DNA of 63,985 nt, the filler included, from an uncultured archaeon (GTDB lineage Archaea; Nanobdellota; Nanobdellia; Woesearchaeales; CAIVOO01), in NCBI GenBank assembly GCA_903842985.1. It is 6 parts of 6 records of this genome, joined end to end, with 100 filler letters (N's around TTAATTAATTAA, not from the genome) between each part and the next. Parts side by side here need not be neighbours in the genome. Positions count along the whole stretch, not along the records: positions 32,158 to 55,422 come from CAIMOB010000027.1; positions 55,523 to 59,932 come from CAIMOB010000034.1; 4 more parts are not named here. One strand, 5' to 3'. Both the position numbers and the translations under genes were made by a program. Below, in pieces: positions 48,320-57,911 of this stretch. Under the pieces are notes generated by a model. That model saw nothing but the letters and a program-made list of their open reading frames with translations, was not told where the DNA came from and did not search any database. How positions within the stretch are numbered: the stretch's first letter is position 1; each line of letters opens with the position of its first letter.

Positions 48320-49750
48320 TCAGCCCTTCATAACACCAATCGGAACTAGCCTTGCAACAAGATTCCCTATTCCTAAGCCGTTAGAAACTCTTGCAACTTC
48401 ATCTATGTCCTTGTAGACCTCAGGCGCTTCCTCTGCAACGCCTTTCCATGAATTTGATTTCAGCTCAATGCCTTTTCCTTCCAGCGAATGCTTTATCTGC
48501 TCGCCGCTGAACTGCCTCAACGCAGCCATCCTGCTCATAACCCTTCCTGCGCCGTGCGCAGTGCTTCCAAAAGAAACCTCTTCTGCTGTCTTTGTCCCAA
48601 CCATAAGATAAGATGCAGTCCCCATGCTTCCGGGGATTATCACCGGCTGCCCGACATTCCTGTAAATCTCTGGAATTTCCTCTCTTCCGGGACCGAATGA
48701 ACGCGTAGCGCCTTTTCTGTGCACGCAGACCTTTTCCTCTTTGCCGTCAATCAGATGCTTCTCAAACTTTGCAAGATTGTGGCAGACATCATAAACCTGA
48801 TTCACTCCGTCGCTTGTTCCCATAACCTTCTTTAAAACATCACGAGTCCAATGGCAAATCATTTGCCTGTTTGCAAATGCATAATTTATTGCACAGCACA
48901 TCGCGCCATAATATTCCTGCCCAAGCTCTGACTGGATAGGCGCATTGACAAGCTCGCGGTCAGGCAAATCCTTGTAGCCGTATTTGTCTTCCATTTTTTT
49001 TATGTAATCAGAAGCAACCTGATGCCCCAATCCTCTGCTTCCGCAGTGAATCATTACCGTAACCTGCCCTTCTTTCTGAATCCCGAATTTTTCAGCAATT
49101 TCTTTGTTGAAAATCTTGTCAACCTTCTGTATTTCAAGAAAATGATTTCCGCTTCCAAGAGTTCCAAGCTGGGGCATTCCCCTTGCAAGCGCAGTATTTG
49201 AGATAAAATGAGGATTTGCTACTGCCATGCATCCGTTCTCCTCTGTCCTTTCCAAATCTTCTTTTGCTCCATATCCATTGTCAAGCGCCCATTTAGAGCC
49301 TTTTGAAAGCACTTCCATTAGAACGTTTTTCGGCAGTTTTGTGATTCCGCCTTTTCCGACGCCCGCAGGAACTTCCTTGAAAATTTCGTCAAGAAGCTCT
49401 TTTCTTTTGCTAAGAATATCATTCACGCTCCAGTCTGTCCTGAGCAGCCTGACTCCGCAGTTTATGTCATAGCCAACCCCGCCGGGAGATATGATTCCAT
49501 CGTGCATGTCAAACGCTGCAACCCCGCCAATTGGGAAACCATAACCTTCGTGCGCATCAGGCATAACCAACGCATGCTTTATTATCCCTTTCAGGCAGGC
49601 TACATTTCTCAACTGCATTAGTGTCTTGTCTTCCTTTATCTTGCTAATGAGTTTTTCAGAAGCATAGACCTTTGCAGGCACAGCCATCTGCCCTTTTTTA
49701 GGCATGCTCCACATAAACTCATTTTCCTTCTTAAGCTCTATTTCTTCCAT
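48320..49750 (-). CDS. rtcB: tRNA-splicing/RNA repair ligase RtcB
   Basis: MPDAHEGYGFPIGGV, GYDINCG, GSGNHFLE, HNLAK, HRKGATR, PGSMG, HGAGR. Confidence 0.97.
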   Translation of the reverse strand: MEEIELKKENEFMWSMPKKGQMAVPAKVYASEKLISKIKEDKTLMQLRNVACLKGIIKHALVMPDAHEGYGFPIGGVAAFDMHDGIISPGGVGYDINCGVRLLRTDWSVNDILSKRKELLDEIFKEVPAGVGKGGITKLPKNVLMEVLSKGSKWALDNGYGAKEDLERTEENGCMAVANPHFISNTALARGMPQLGTLGSGNHFLEIQKVDKIFNKEIAEKFGIQKEGQVTVMIHCGSRGLGHQVASDYIKKMEDKYGYKDLPDRELVNAPIQSELGQEYYGAMCCAINYAFANRQMICHWTRDVLKKVMGTSDGVNQVYDVCHNLAKFEKHLIDGKEEKVCVHRKGATRSFGPGREEIPEIYRNVGQPVIIPGSMGTASYLMVGTKTAEEVSFGSTAHGAGRVMSRMAALRQFSGEQIKHSLEGKGIELKSNSWKGVAEEAPEVYKDIDEVARVSNGLGIGNLVARLVPIGVMKG

Positions 49751-49830
49751 AAAACTCCCTTTGGAAATGATTATTATAAACTTTTCTAAAAACGCAACAT
49801 TTATATATAGAATATAGTTAAAACCACCAT

Positions 49831-50391
49831 ATGGCAACTACGTTTAGAGGTGTTATAGAGTTTTTTAACCAGCTTGGCATGTATGATGTTATTCTGCCGT
49901 TCCTGCTTGTTTTCTCAATTGTTTTTGCAATACTTGAAAAGACAAGGGTTCTGGGTTTTGAGGACGCTGAAAAGAAGATTACAAAAAAGAACCTTAATTC
50001 AATGGTAGCTTTTGTAATCGCATTTTTGGTTATCGGCTCCACAAAATTAGTTGCAATTGTAAATGAAACAATGGCGAACATTGTTTTGCTGCTGCTTTTG
50101 GCAGTTTCTTTCCTGATGCTTGTCGGCGTCTTCCTTGGCACAGAAGAGACAAAATTCAGCTGGAAAGACCCATGGATGATATTCTTCTCATTTTTCATGT
50201 TCATCGCAATAGCTGCAATATTCCTGCATGCCATAAAGACAGACTCAGGCCAGTCGTGGCTTGATGCGATTTTCAATTATGTTTCATCAAACTGGTCAGG
50301 AAATATGATGGGCGTAATAATCCTGGCAATTATTGTTGTGGGCTTTATGTGGTTCGTGACAAAAAGTCCGAAAAAGGAGGAAAAGAAATAG
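49831..50391 (+). CDS. Multi-TM membrane protein, paralog 1 of 3
   Basis: ILPFLLVFSIVFAILEK motif. Confidence 0.75.
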   Translation: MATTFRGVIEFFNQLGMYDVILPFLLVFSIVFAILEKTRVLGFEDAEKKITKKNLNSMVAFVIAFLVIGSTKLVAIVNETMANIVLLLLLAVSFLMLVGVFLGTEETKFSWKDPWMIFFSFFMFIAIAAIFLHAIKTDSGQSWLDAIFNYVSSNWSGNMMGVIILAIIVVGFMWFVTKSPKKEEKK

Positions 50392-50401
50392 GTGATAAAA
50401 C

Positions 50402-50971
50402 ATGGTTAACTTTCAGGACGCAATTATTTATCTTGAGCAGGTCGGAGTGGCAGATGTTCTTCTGCCCTTTTTGCTAGTTTTCACGCTTGTTTTTGCAGTG
50501 ATGCAGAAAACAGAGCTGTTTGGCAAGGACAAGAAAAATATTCACGTAATAGTCGCGCTTGTGATGGGGCTTGCAGTAGTCATCCCGCATGTTACTAGAG
50601 TATATCCAGATCAGGCGGATGTCGTAAACATAATCAATAACGCGCTGCCAAACATTTCAGTAGGCATAATCGCAGTTGTTATGCTCTTGCTTTTGCTCGG
50701 CCTATGGGGCGGGACAAACTTTGCAGAAAGCAAGGCAACAGGCTGGATGATAGGTCTCGCAATGCTTTTCGTCGTCTTCGTATTTGTAAGGGCAGCAGGC
50801 TATTTGGAAAACCTGCCAAACTGGCTTTACTTCCTTGATGACCCGAGCTCGCAGGCGTTAATAGTAATTGTAATCGTATTTTTCGTGCTGATAGGCTTCA
50901 TAACAAAAGAGCCTGGCGAGAAAAAAGGAGGCCTTTTCGAAGAACTGTCGAAGTTGGCCAAGAAACCATAA
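50402..50971 (+). CDS. Multi-TM membrane protein, paralog 2 of 3
   Basis: LLPFLLVFTLVFAVMQK motif; AGGTGA SD. Confidence 0.75.
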   Translation: MVNFQDAIIYLEQVGVADVLLPFLLVFTLVFAVMQKTELFGKDKKNIHVIVALVMGLAVVIPHVTRVYPDQADVVNIINNALPNISVGIIAVVMLLLLLGLWGGTNFAESKATGWMIGLAMLFVVFVFVRAAGYLENLPNWLYFLDDPSSQALIVIVIVFFVLIGFITKEPGEKKGGLFEELSKLAKKP

Positions 50972-50989
50972 AACATATAATCATAAAAA

Positions 50990-51553
50990 ATGGCAACATT
51001 TCTTGACATAGGGCTTGTACAGAACATCTCTACTGTTTTCTCTTTTCTTTTTGTATTTGTGGTTGCCTATGCTGTCATGGAGGCGTTTAAGTTTTTTGGT
51101 GAGGGAAGGGCAGGAATCAGAGCCATACTCTCACTGTGCCTTGCTGTGATAACCCTGCTTTCGCCGAATGTCATAAAGCTAATAGACACACTGGCGCCTG
51201 CTTTTGTTGTGGTAATGATATTTCTGTTCCTGCTATTCCTTATTTACAAGATGTTTGGCGTGCAAGACGACTGGCTTTCACAGGCAGTTGTCGGAAAGGA
51301 GGGAACGGCGTTCTACTGGATACTTATACTTGCAATCATAATCTTCCTGGGTTCATTTGCATCTGTCTACGGAAGCAGCCTTTTGGCTTACACTGGTGGA
51401 GGAAATATGACATCAGTTAACGGAACAGCAACAGCATCTGTCTCTCACAATATAGGCGCAACATTCTTCCATCCGAAAGTTCTCAGTTTCTTTTTCCTGA
51501 TGCTTATAGCTGTGTTTACAATTTGGCTGTTATCAGAAGAAGCAAAACCCTGA
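50990..51553 (+). CDS. Multi-TM membrane protein, paralog 3 of 3
   Basis: VFSFLFVFVVAYAVME motif. Confidence 0.75.
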   Translation: MATFLDIGLVQNISTVFSFLFVFVVAYAVMEAFKFFGEGRAGIRAILSLCLAVITLLSPNVIKLIDTLAPAFVVVMIFLFLLFLIYKMFGVQDDWLSQAVVGKEGTAFYWILILAIIIFLGSFASVYGSSLLAYTGGGNMTSVNGTATASVSHNIGATFFHPKVLSFFFLMLIAVFTIWLLSEEAKP

Positions 51554-51555
51554 CA

Positions 51556-52140
51556 TCATTTCTTTGCAGTTGCTTTTTTCATATCCTGCGTGATTCTTGA
51601 CAATTCAGAAACATTCTCCACAAATCCTGGAAGCACTTTCTTGAAAACATCTTCCATTGCCTTCACGCTGATTCCGACATCCTTCATGCTTTTGTCGTAT
51701 TCAGAAATTTGACCGAGAACGCCTTCGTGAAGCCTGTCAAATGAGTCTTTTAAAATTAGAAGCTGCTGCTCTATCTTTGTAATTCTTTCATCTGTTTTGT
51801 CTTTCCAGCTTGCAAGCTTTTCCAGGTCCCTTAGAAGTTCCGCCCACTTTTCTTCGACAACTTTTTCTATGATTGGCTGAAGGCTTTTTGCAGAAAATGT
51901 CGGCTGCGACACAGCTTCTCCGCCTGCAGGATAATTTTCTGGATAGTATGGCTCTTCTGGCATTTTTTCACCTGATATTGGAACTCCTTCAACAGTATAC
52001 TTCATTTCAGCCTGAGCCATTGCGTCAGACACCTGCTGGACACTATAACCTTCTCTCTGCAGAGTCTGTATTACCTGATTGTTGCTCAGGCCCTGTGTTC
52101 TAAGCTTAAGCACAGCTGCTGTTGGAATACCTTCTGGCAT
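51556..52140 (-). CDS. Coiled-coil protein with N-terminal small helical domain
   Basis: GLSNNQVIQTLQREGYS, then heptad-rich region. Confidence 0.7.
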   Translation of the reverse strand: MPEGIPTAAVLKLRTQGLSNNQVIQTLQREGYSVQQVSDAMAQAEMKYTVEGVPISGEKMPEEPYYPENYPAGGEAVSQPTFSAKSLQPIIEKVVEEKWAELLRDLEKLASWKDKTDERITKIEQQLLILKDSFDRLHEGVLGQISEYDKSMKDVGISVKAMEDVFKKVLPGFVENVSELSRITQDMKKATAKK

Positions 52141-52148
52141 TTTATAGT

Positions 52149-52595
52149 TTATAAACCTTTCTCTCTTAATTTATCTTCGATTAGCGAATTAATTATTTTT
52201 TCTGCTTCGTTCCTTGTGATAAAACTTACCGGCTCCCACAGTTCCAAATATTTTTTTACAAGGTCGATATCCTCTTTCCTTGCTGCGGTTTTCAAATCGT
52301 TTATTATGAGCCTTAATTTTGTTTTTATGTCTTCAATATCTCTTTTGGATTCAAGCAGTTCTGAATTTATAACTCTAATTTCGCTGAAAATTTTCTTGTT
52401 GGTTTCGAGCACATTCTCGCTGTTAATCTTTTCCTTCTCCCTAACATTGTAAACTCTGTCTTCAAGGACCTTTACAGCCCTTTCTACGTTATTCACTTCT
52501 TTTGCCACTTCAGCAAAACCAACGCCCGGCTCCTTTGACTTTGGCACGGCAGGGGCTGGCGCAGCTCCTGACATGGATATTTCTTCTTTTGCCAT
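52149..52595 (-). CDS. Coiled-coil protein
   Basis: Heptad-rich; KKYLELWEP-F-TR C-terminal motif. Confidence 0.7.
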   Translation of the reverse strand: MAKEEISMSGAAPAPAVPKSKEPGVGFAEVAKEVNNVERAVKVLEDRVYNVREKEKINSENVLETNKKIFSEIRVINSELLESKRDIEDIKTKLRLIINDLKTAARKEDIDLVKKYLELWEPVSFITRNEAEKIINSLIEDKLREKGL

Positions 52596-52706
52596 TTTTT
52601 TAATTAAATAACACGTAATATTTATATATTCCTAAATAATCTTTTTAAATAGCTGATTAAATAAAACTTTATGTTATTATAATCAAGTAATAAAAGAGGT
52701 GTTAAC

Positions 52707-54974
52707 GTGCCCGAAGAGTATAGTATCGCTAGAGAAAGTGGAGAGGTTATTCTAAAAATAAATTATGAAAAATACCTAAAAGTCCCTTCGCTTGAAGACG
52801 ACCCAAACTGCATGTCATTAACAATAACAAAGCTTGCAGAGGCCGGCAACGCAACAAAGCTGATATTTTACCAGAAAAGAGATTATGAATATGAATTTGA
52901 CCAGGTTCAACTTCTTAATGAAATTGCATTTCTTTACAACAGACTGGTAAAGCAAAAAGATTTGTTCAGCCTTGATGCATTAAGTTTCGGCGGAGCTTTT
53001 AAAAGGGACCAGGAGCAGAGGTATGCAGACATACAAAAAATCATATTCCAGCTTCTTCCGTCTGATCCGCTTGGCTGCTACGCTGAACTTAAAAGAATGC
53101 TGAGGTCTGAGAGAATAAAACTTGAGCAGTACACAGTCGATGCAGAAATCCAGGGGCAGCAGAGATATGTCTCGTTAATTAGCTACCTTCTTTCCCTTTT
53201 GGAGAAAACAAGACTGATTACAATTGCAAAACCATATCTTTCCGGCTACGAAGTCGGCGACCGCTCTGTCTACAAAAAGATATTCAGGCCGGTAATCAAG
53301 CCGGATTTCATGTTCACTAAGCTGATGGCAACTTACCCAATTGGCGGTGAGGAAATTGGGAGTTACACTGTAAAAAACACAGAGATAACTGTATTCAAGC
53401 TTCCCGACACAATCCACACGCTTTACCACATGCTGCCGCCTGAATTCAAGCTTTCTGAAGAGAAATACGAAGTCCTCGACGCAGCGCGCAAGATAATGGC
53501 TGAGCACAAGCCCACAGCAGAGGAATTCACTCAGCCCGAAAGAATGAGGCAGGTCTTCTTCAATGTTGGAAAAGATCTGATAGAGGAGCTTGCAAAATAT
53601 AGGAATTTACAACTTACAGAGGATGAGATTATTGAATTGACCGAAATACTCATAAGGTACACTGTCGGATTCGGTCTTGTTGAAGTTCTTCTGCAGGATG
53701 AGAAAATACAGGACATAACAATAAACAGCCCGCCGGGGCAGTCGCCGATGTTCATAGTTCACGCCGACCTGGAAAACTGCAAGACAAATGCAATAATAAC
53801 AAGGTCAGAGGCAGAGTCCTGGGCTTCAAAGCTCAGAATGATTTCAAGCAGACCGCTCGACGAGGCGAATCCAATACTTGATACGGAGATAGAAATACCT
53901 GGCGCAAGGGCAAGGGTTGCTGTAATCGCACCTTCGCTCAACCCGACAGGCCTGGCGTTTGCGTTCAGAAGGCACAGAGACAAGCCATGGACGCTTCCGC
54001 TTTTCATCAAGCAGGGAATGATTAATCCGCTCGCAGCAGGGCTTCTCAGCTTTTTGGTTGACGGAAACAGAACTATGCTTGTTGCAGGAACAAGAAGCGC
54101 AGGAAAAACATCACTGCTTGCCGCTTTGATGGTTGAAGTAATGAGGACTTACAGGATGATAACAATAGAAGACACGCTTGAACTGCCGGTAAGGCCGCTC
54201 ATCAATCTTGGCTACAATATCCAGCAGATGAAGGTTGCAAGCGCAATGACAAAGGGAACAACAGAGGTTCCTGCTGACGAAGGAATCAGGACAACGCTGC
54301 GTATGGGCGATTCTGCGCTGATAGTTGGAGAGGTCAGAAGCACAGAAGCCAGGGCATTGTATGAGGCGATGAGAGTCGGCGCCTTGGCAAACGTTGTTGC
54401 AGGAACAATTCACGGCGATTCCCCCTACGGCGTTTATGACAGGGTTGTAAATGACCTTCAGGTGCCAAAGACATCTTTCAAAGCAACAGATATTATCGTC
54501 GTCGCAAATCCAATAAGGTCGGCAGACGGGCTTCACAGATCGAGGCGTGTAACTTCAATAACAGAAGTCAGGAAATTTTGGGAAGATGATCCTCTGCTTG
54601 AGCATGGATTCGTTGACCTCATGAAATATGAATCAAAAAATGACCAGCTTGAATGCTCCACAGACCTCATTAACGGTGATTCTGATATTCTGAAGTCAAT
54701 TGCAGGAAATGTCAAGGAATGGGCAGGCAACTGGGATGCTGTCTGGGATAATGTGACATTAAGGGCTGATGTTAAAAAAGCAATTGTTGACGTATCCGAT
54801 GCAATGAAGAGGCCTGAGCTTTTGGAGGCTGATTTTGTAATACTCTGCAATGACCAATTTCACCGTATTTCAGAAGAGGTAAAGGAAGAGTTCGGGTCTC
54901 TGGATTCAAAAAGAATATTCTTTGAGTTCAACGAATGGTTGAAATCAGCTGCCAAAAAATTTCAGACAAAATAA
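52707..54974 (+). CDS. Type IV pilus/type II secretion assembly ATPase (TadA/FlaI/VirB11 family)
   Basis: GTRSAGKTS, TIEDTLEL, LRMG--LIVGEVR, GTIHG; GAGGTG SD before GTG. Confidence 0.93.
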   Translation: MPEEYSIARESGEVILKINYEKYLKVPSLEDDPNCMSLTITKLAEAGNATKLIFYQKRDYEYEFDQVQLLNEIAFLYNRLVKQKDLFSLDALSFGGAFKRDQEQRYADIQKIIFQLLPSDPLGCYAELKRMLRSERIKLEQYTVDAEIQGQQRYVSLISYLLSLLEKTRLITIAKPYLSGYEVGDRSVYKKIFRPVIKPDFMFTKLMATYPIGGEEIGSYTVKNTEITVFKLPDTIHTLYHMLPPEFKLSEEKYEVLDAARKIMAEHKPTAEEFTQPERMRQVFFNVGKDLIEELAKYRNLQLTEDEIIELTEILIRYTVGFGLVEVLLQDEKIQDITINSPPGQSPMFIVHADLENCKTNAIITRSEAESWASKLRMISSRPLDEANPILDTEIEIPGARARVAVIAPSLNPTGLAFAFRRHRDKPWTLPLFIKQGMINPLAAGLLSFLVDGNRTMLVAGTRSAGKTSLLAALMVEVMRTYRMITIEDTLELPVRPLINLGYNIQQMKVASAMTKGTTEVPADEGIRTTLRMGDSALIVGEVRSTEARALYEAMRVGALANVVAGTIHGDSPYGVYDRVVNDLQVPKTSFKATDIIVVANPIRSADGLHRSRRVTSITEVRKFWEDDPLLEHGFVDLMKYESKNDQLECSTDLINGDSDILKSIAGNVKEWAGNWDAVWDNVTLRADVKKAIVDVSDAMKRPELLEADFVILCNDQFHRISEEVKEEFGSLDSKRIFFEFNEWLKSAAKKFQTK

Positions 54975-54975
54975 A

Positions 54976-55422
54976 ATGGCAATACCTGAAGAAGAGCTAA
55001 AAGAAATGGTTTCTAAGTACAAAGAGAAGTTTGAAATAGGGCTTATGGCGCCAAAGGAAATGATTGAGGCAAAGCCGATAACAACCCAAGAGTACAATGA
55101 ATTCAGGGAATCTTATTTTCCGGCACATATGTCATTCTATGAAAAACTTTGCAATATTTCAGAAAAGATACTGAAGCTAAAGCCAGACGAGAAAAGATCA
55201 AAGGAGCTTGAAGAAGATATAAAGATATGCCATCTGAACATAACGCCTACAGGCGCGGTAAGCGCCTCATATTTTATACCTGTCACCTTCATTTTCATCA
55301 CTGTTTTTCTGAGCTTCGCAATCCCTGCAATTCTTGGCAAAGAGGTTTCAACATTCTTCATGCTTTTATCAGTTGTAGCAGGGGCAGTTCTCATATTTCC
55401 TCTTTCAAAGTTTCCTGATATG
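54976..55422 (+). CDS. Probable TadC/FlaJ-like pilus platform membrane protein, 3'-truncated
   Basis: Directly follows the ATPase; two TM helices before the contig break. Confidence 0.6.
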
Positions 55423-55522
55423 NNNNNNNNNNNNNNNNNNNNNNNNNNNNNNNNNNNNNNNNNNNNTTAATTAATTAANNNNNNNNNNNNNNNNNNNNNN
55501 NNNNNNNNNNNNNNNNNNNNNN
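55423..55522. other. Artificial contig linker
   Basis: N-TTAATTAATTAA-N. Confidence 0.99.
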
Positions 55523-55706
55523 GCTTAAGCCAAAATTTTCAAATATATTCATTTGTTTTTACCTCATTTCTATATATTATTTTATGTTAGTAGCACTTCT
55601 CTAGAAAAAGCCAAATGTTCATTACTGAGCAAGCGCTCTCTCGTCACTGATTATGCTCTACAAGATATTAGACTTGGGCGGTAGTATATAAAGCTATCGG
55701 TTTTGA

Positions 55707-56099
55707 CTACTTGCTGGTTGCTATATACTCTTTGCAAAAGTCTGCAACATTCGGCGCAATAGGGTATTTTTTATAGTCTTTAATCGGCAGCCACAGGATG
55801 TCCCTGAAGTTTTCAGGCTCCATCACCCTTGGCTTCTGCCCTTTGGGGATTTGAGCAATGAATTTATGGCTCCTAAACTTTCTTCCTTCAAAATCAAAAT
55901 CATTGTATCCGAAATATTTTATTATCTTCGGGCTGCAGCCAATCTCCTCTTTTGCCTCTCTTGCTGCTGTCTCTTCAAGCTTTTCTCCTGGCTCAACTTT
56001 TCCGCCAGGAAACTCGTAATGGCTGTGGTTTCTTTTCCAGATAACCAGAAGTTTGCCTGCCTTGATAAATGCGCAGGCAGATAATTCAATTGGTTTCAT
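55707..56099 (-). CDS. NUDIX hydrolase
   Basis: FPGGKVEPGEKLEETAAREAKEEIG Nudix box. Confidence 0.93.
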   Translation of the reverse strand: MKPIELSACAFIKAGKLLVIWKRNHSHYEFPGGKVEPGEKLEETAAREAKEEIGCSPKIIKYFGYNDFDFEGRKFRSHKFIAQIPKGQKPRVMEPENFRDILWLPIKDYKKYPIAPNVADFCKEYIATSK

Positions 56100-56539
56100 T
56101 TCAGCCTTTTCTCATACCACACAAATATCTTGCCTTTTTGAAAGCGATGATTCTCCCAGAATTTTCTTGCTTTTGTATGGTGCTCCTCGACCAATGCCTG
56201 AATGTATGTTACTTTTCTTTTCTTCAGCTCCTGGCAGACTTTGTTCAAGAGATTTGTCCCGATTCCCGTACGCCTGTAATCTTCTGCAACTGCAATATTA
56301 TCAAGCATGCACCAATCCTTGTCAACTATTTTGGCGTACACAAATCCAACTACTTTTCTGGAGTCCAATGCTGTGAAAAACAGGTTGTCTCTTGGCTTCT
56401 TTATCCACTCCTTCATCTCCCTTTTTTCATGGAATCTTATTTTTCTTGAGAAATTTAGTTCTTTTATGCGCAATCCCAAGTTGTAGACATTATTTATATC
56501 AGTTAATTTCCCTCTTCTTATTGCTATGTTCGGTTCCAT
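56096..56539 (-). CDS. GNAT acetyltransferase
   Basis: IAVAEDYRRTGIGTNLL, ARKFWENHRF. Confidence 0.9.
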   Translation of the reverse strand: MEPNIAIRRGKLTDINNVYNLGLRIKELNFSRKIRFHEKREMKEWIKKPRDNLFFTALDSRKVVGFVYAKIVDKDWCMLDNIAVAEDYRRTGIGTNLLNKVCQELKKRKVTYIQALVEEHHTKARKFWENHRFQKGKIFVWYEKRLK

Positions 56540-56558
56540 AAAGAAAAAATAAAAAAAT

Positions 56559-57290
56559 TTACTTTATCTCGTAGACAACTGTTGCAGACGCAGAGATATC
56601 AACATTCTGCGGATTTATGTCTGTTGCAACCTTCATTGCGTCAGTGCTGCCTGCCATCTCTGCCCTTGCGTAAATTGGGTAAGGCATGTAGTTGTAGTCC
56701 GAAGCTGAGACTGAGACGAGCTTTCCAAGCTTTTTTCCAAGCCCTGCTGCAATTGACTCTGCCTTCATCTTCGCGTCCTTTGAAGCCTCTGCAAGCGCAG
56801 TTGCCTTGTACTCGTTGCTTTTCTCATTCGAAAGCTCAAAATTGATGTTGTTAATCAGCGCGCCTGCGTTGACTGCGCCGTCAACAATCTCGCCTGCGTT
56901 TGAAAAGTCCTTTGTTGTGACCTTCAGTGTGTTTGATGCAACATAATCAATCAGCTTCTGGCTTCCGCTGCTCCAGTCATATTCAGGATTAATGCTGTAG
57001 CTCTCTGTTTCAATGTCTTTTTTCTCAAGTCCTGTTTTTATCAATGCCGTCATTACATTGTCAGATATCCTTGCGTTCTCGTTCTTTGCATTGTCAGCAG
57101 AAACATTGTCTTTGGTCTGCACAAGCACATAGACAACAACCTGGTCCGGCGCGACCCCCTTCTGGTAGTTGCCTGATGCTGAAACAGTCTGCTCTGAAAC
57201 GCTTCCGCTCTTGAGCAGAACAATCCCTACTATTGCTCCGATTATAACAATTAAAACAACAACTATTGCGGTAATGTTTAGTTTTGTCAT
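56559..57290 (-). CDS. SIMPL (DUF541) domain protein
   Basis: N-terminal TM, VAPDQV, SINPEYDW, AKMKAESIAAGLGKKLG. Confidence 0.88.
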   Translation of the reverse strand: MTKLNITAIVVVLIVIIGAIVGIVLLKSGSVSEQTVSASGNYQKGVAPDQVVVYVLVQTKDNVSADNAKNENARISDNVMTALIKTGLEKKDIETESYSINPEYDWSSGSQKLIDYVASNTLKVTTKDFSNAGEIVDGAVNAGALINNINFELSNEKSNEYKATALAEASKDAKMKAESIAAGLGKKLGKLVSVSASDYNYMPYPIYARAEMAGSTDAMKVATDINPQNVDISASATVVYEIK

Positions 57291-57368
57291 GCAGGATAGT
57301 AAATTAATGTTATTTTTAAAGCTTTGTTTTAACTAAGGTGTGGGGCTGATAAAAATTGAGAAGATTGG

Positions 57369-57839
57369 CTATACAATATTTTTAGAGAACTCCCTGACTT
57401 TCTGCAGGTGCTTATTATCGGCAACTTCGCTTGTCTTTAGCTCAAGCGCAGCAATTGGTTTTTTTCCGCAGAGCTTTGCCATTTCCCTGAAAGCTATTTT
57501 GCTTCCGCTTCCGCCCATTGTGCAGAAGAAAGCAACGTTCTTGAATTTGTTCTGGCTGATATAGGTCCTGATTGGAGTTGAAACATTCCATGCCCAGATA
57601 GGCGTGCCGATTATTACTGTGTCATATGAAGCAGGATTCTTTCGGATTTTCCTAAGCTCTGTGAGCTTTTTCATTGTCGAATCTTTGCCTGACTTGAAGT
57701 AGCCAATTCCGCCTGACCTGTCCTTTGTGTCCAAAATCTCTTCGGAATCGCATTTCAGTATTTTAGAAATCTCCTCAGCAACTTTTTTCGTTGTTCCTGT
57801 CCTTGAATAAAATGCAACCAAACATCTCATAGTCCCCAA
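57369..57839 (-). CDS. Flavodoxin-family protein
   Basis: FYSRTGTT, IGTPIW, AFFCTMGG. Confidence 0.9.
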   Translation of the reverse strand: MGTMRCLVAFYSRTGTTKKVAEEISKILKCDSEEILDTKDRSGGIGYFKSGKDSTMKKLTELRKIRKNPASYDTVIIGTPIWAWNVSTPIRTYISQNKFKNVAFFCTMGGSGSKIAFREMAKLCGKKPIAALELKTSEVADNKHLQKVREFSKNIV

Positions 57840-57881
57840 AAAGCATAAATGCTATATAAATTTACCTGTTCGTTGGCAAAA

Positions 57882-57889
57882 TTTATAAA
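57882..57889 (+). promoter_or_regulatory. Archaeal TATA box of thrS
   Basis: AAAA-TTTATAAA ending 22 nt before the ATG. Confidence 0.55.
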
Positions 57890-57911
57890 TAAATGACAAA
57901 CTTAGGGTTAT

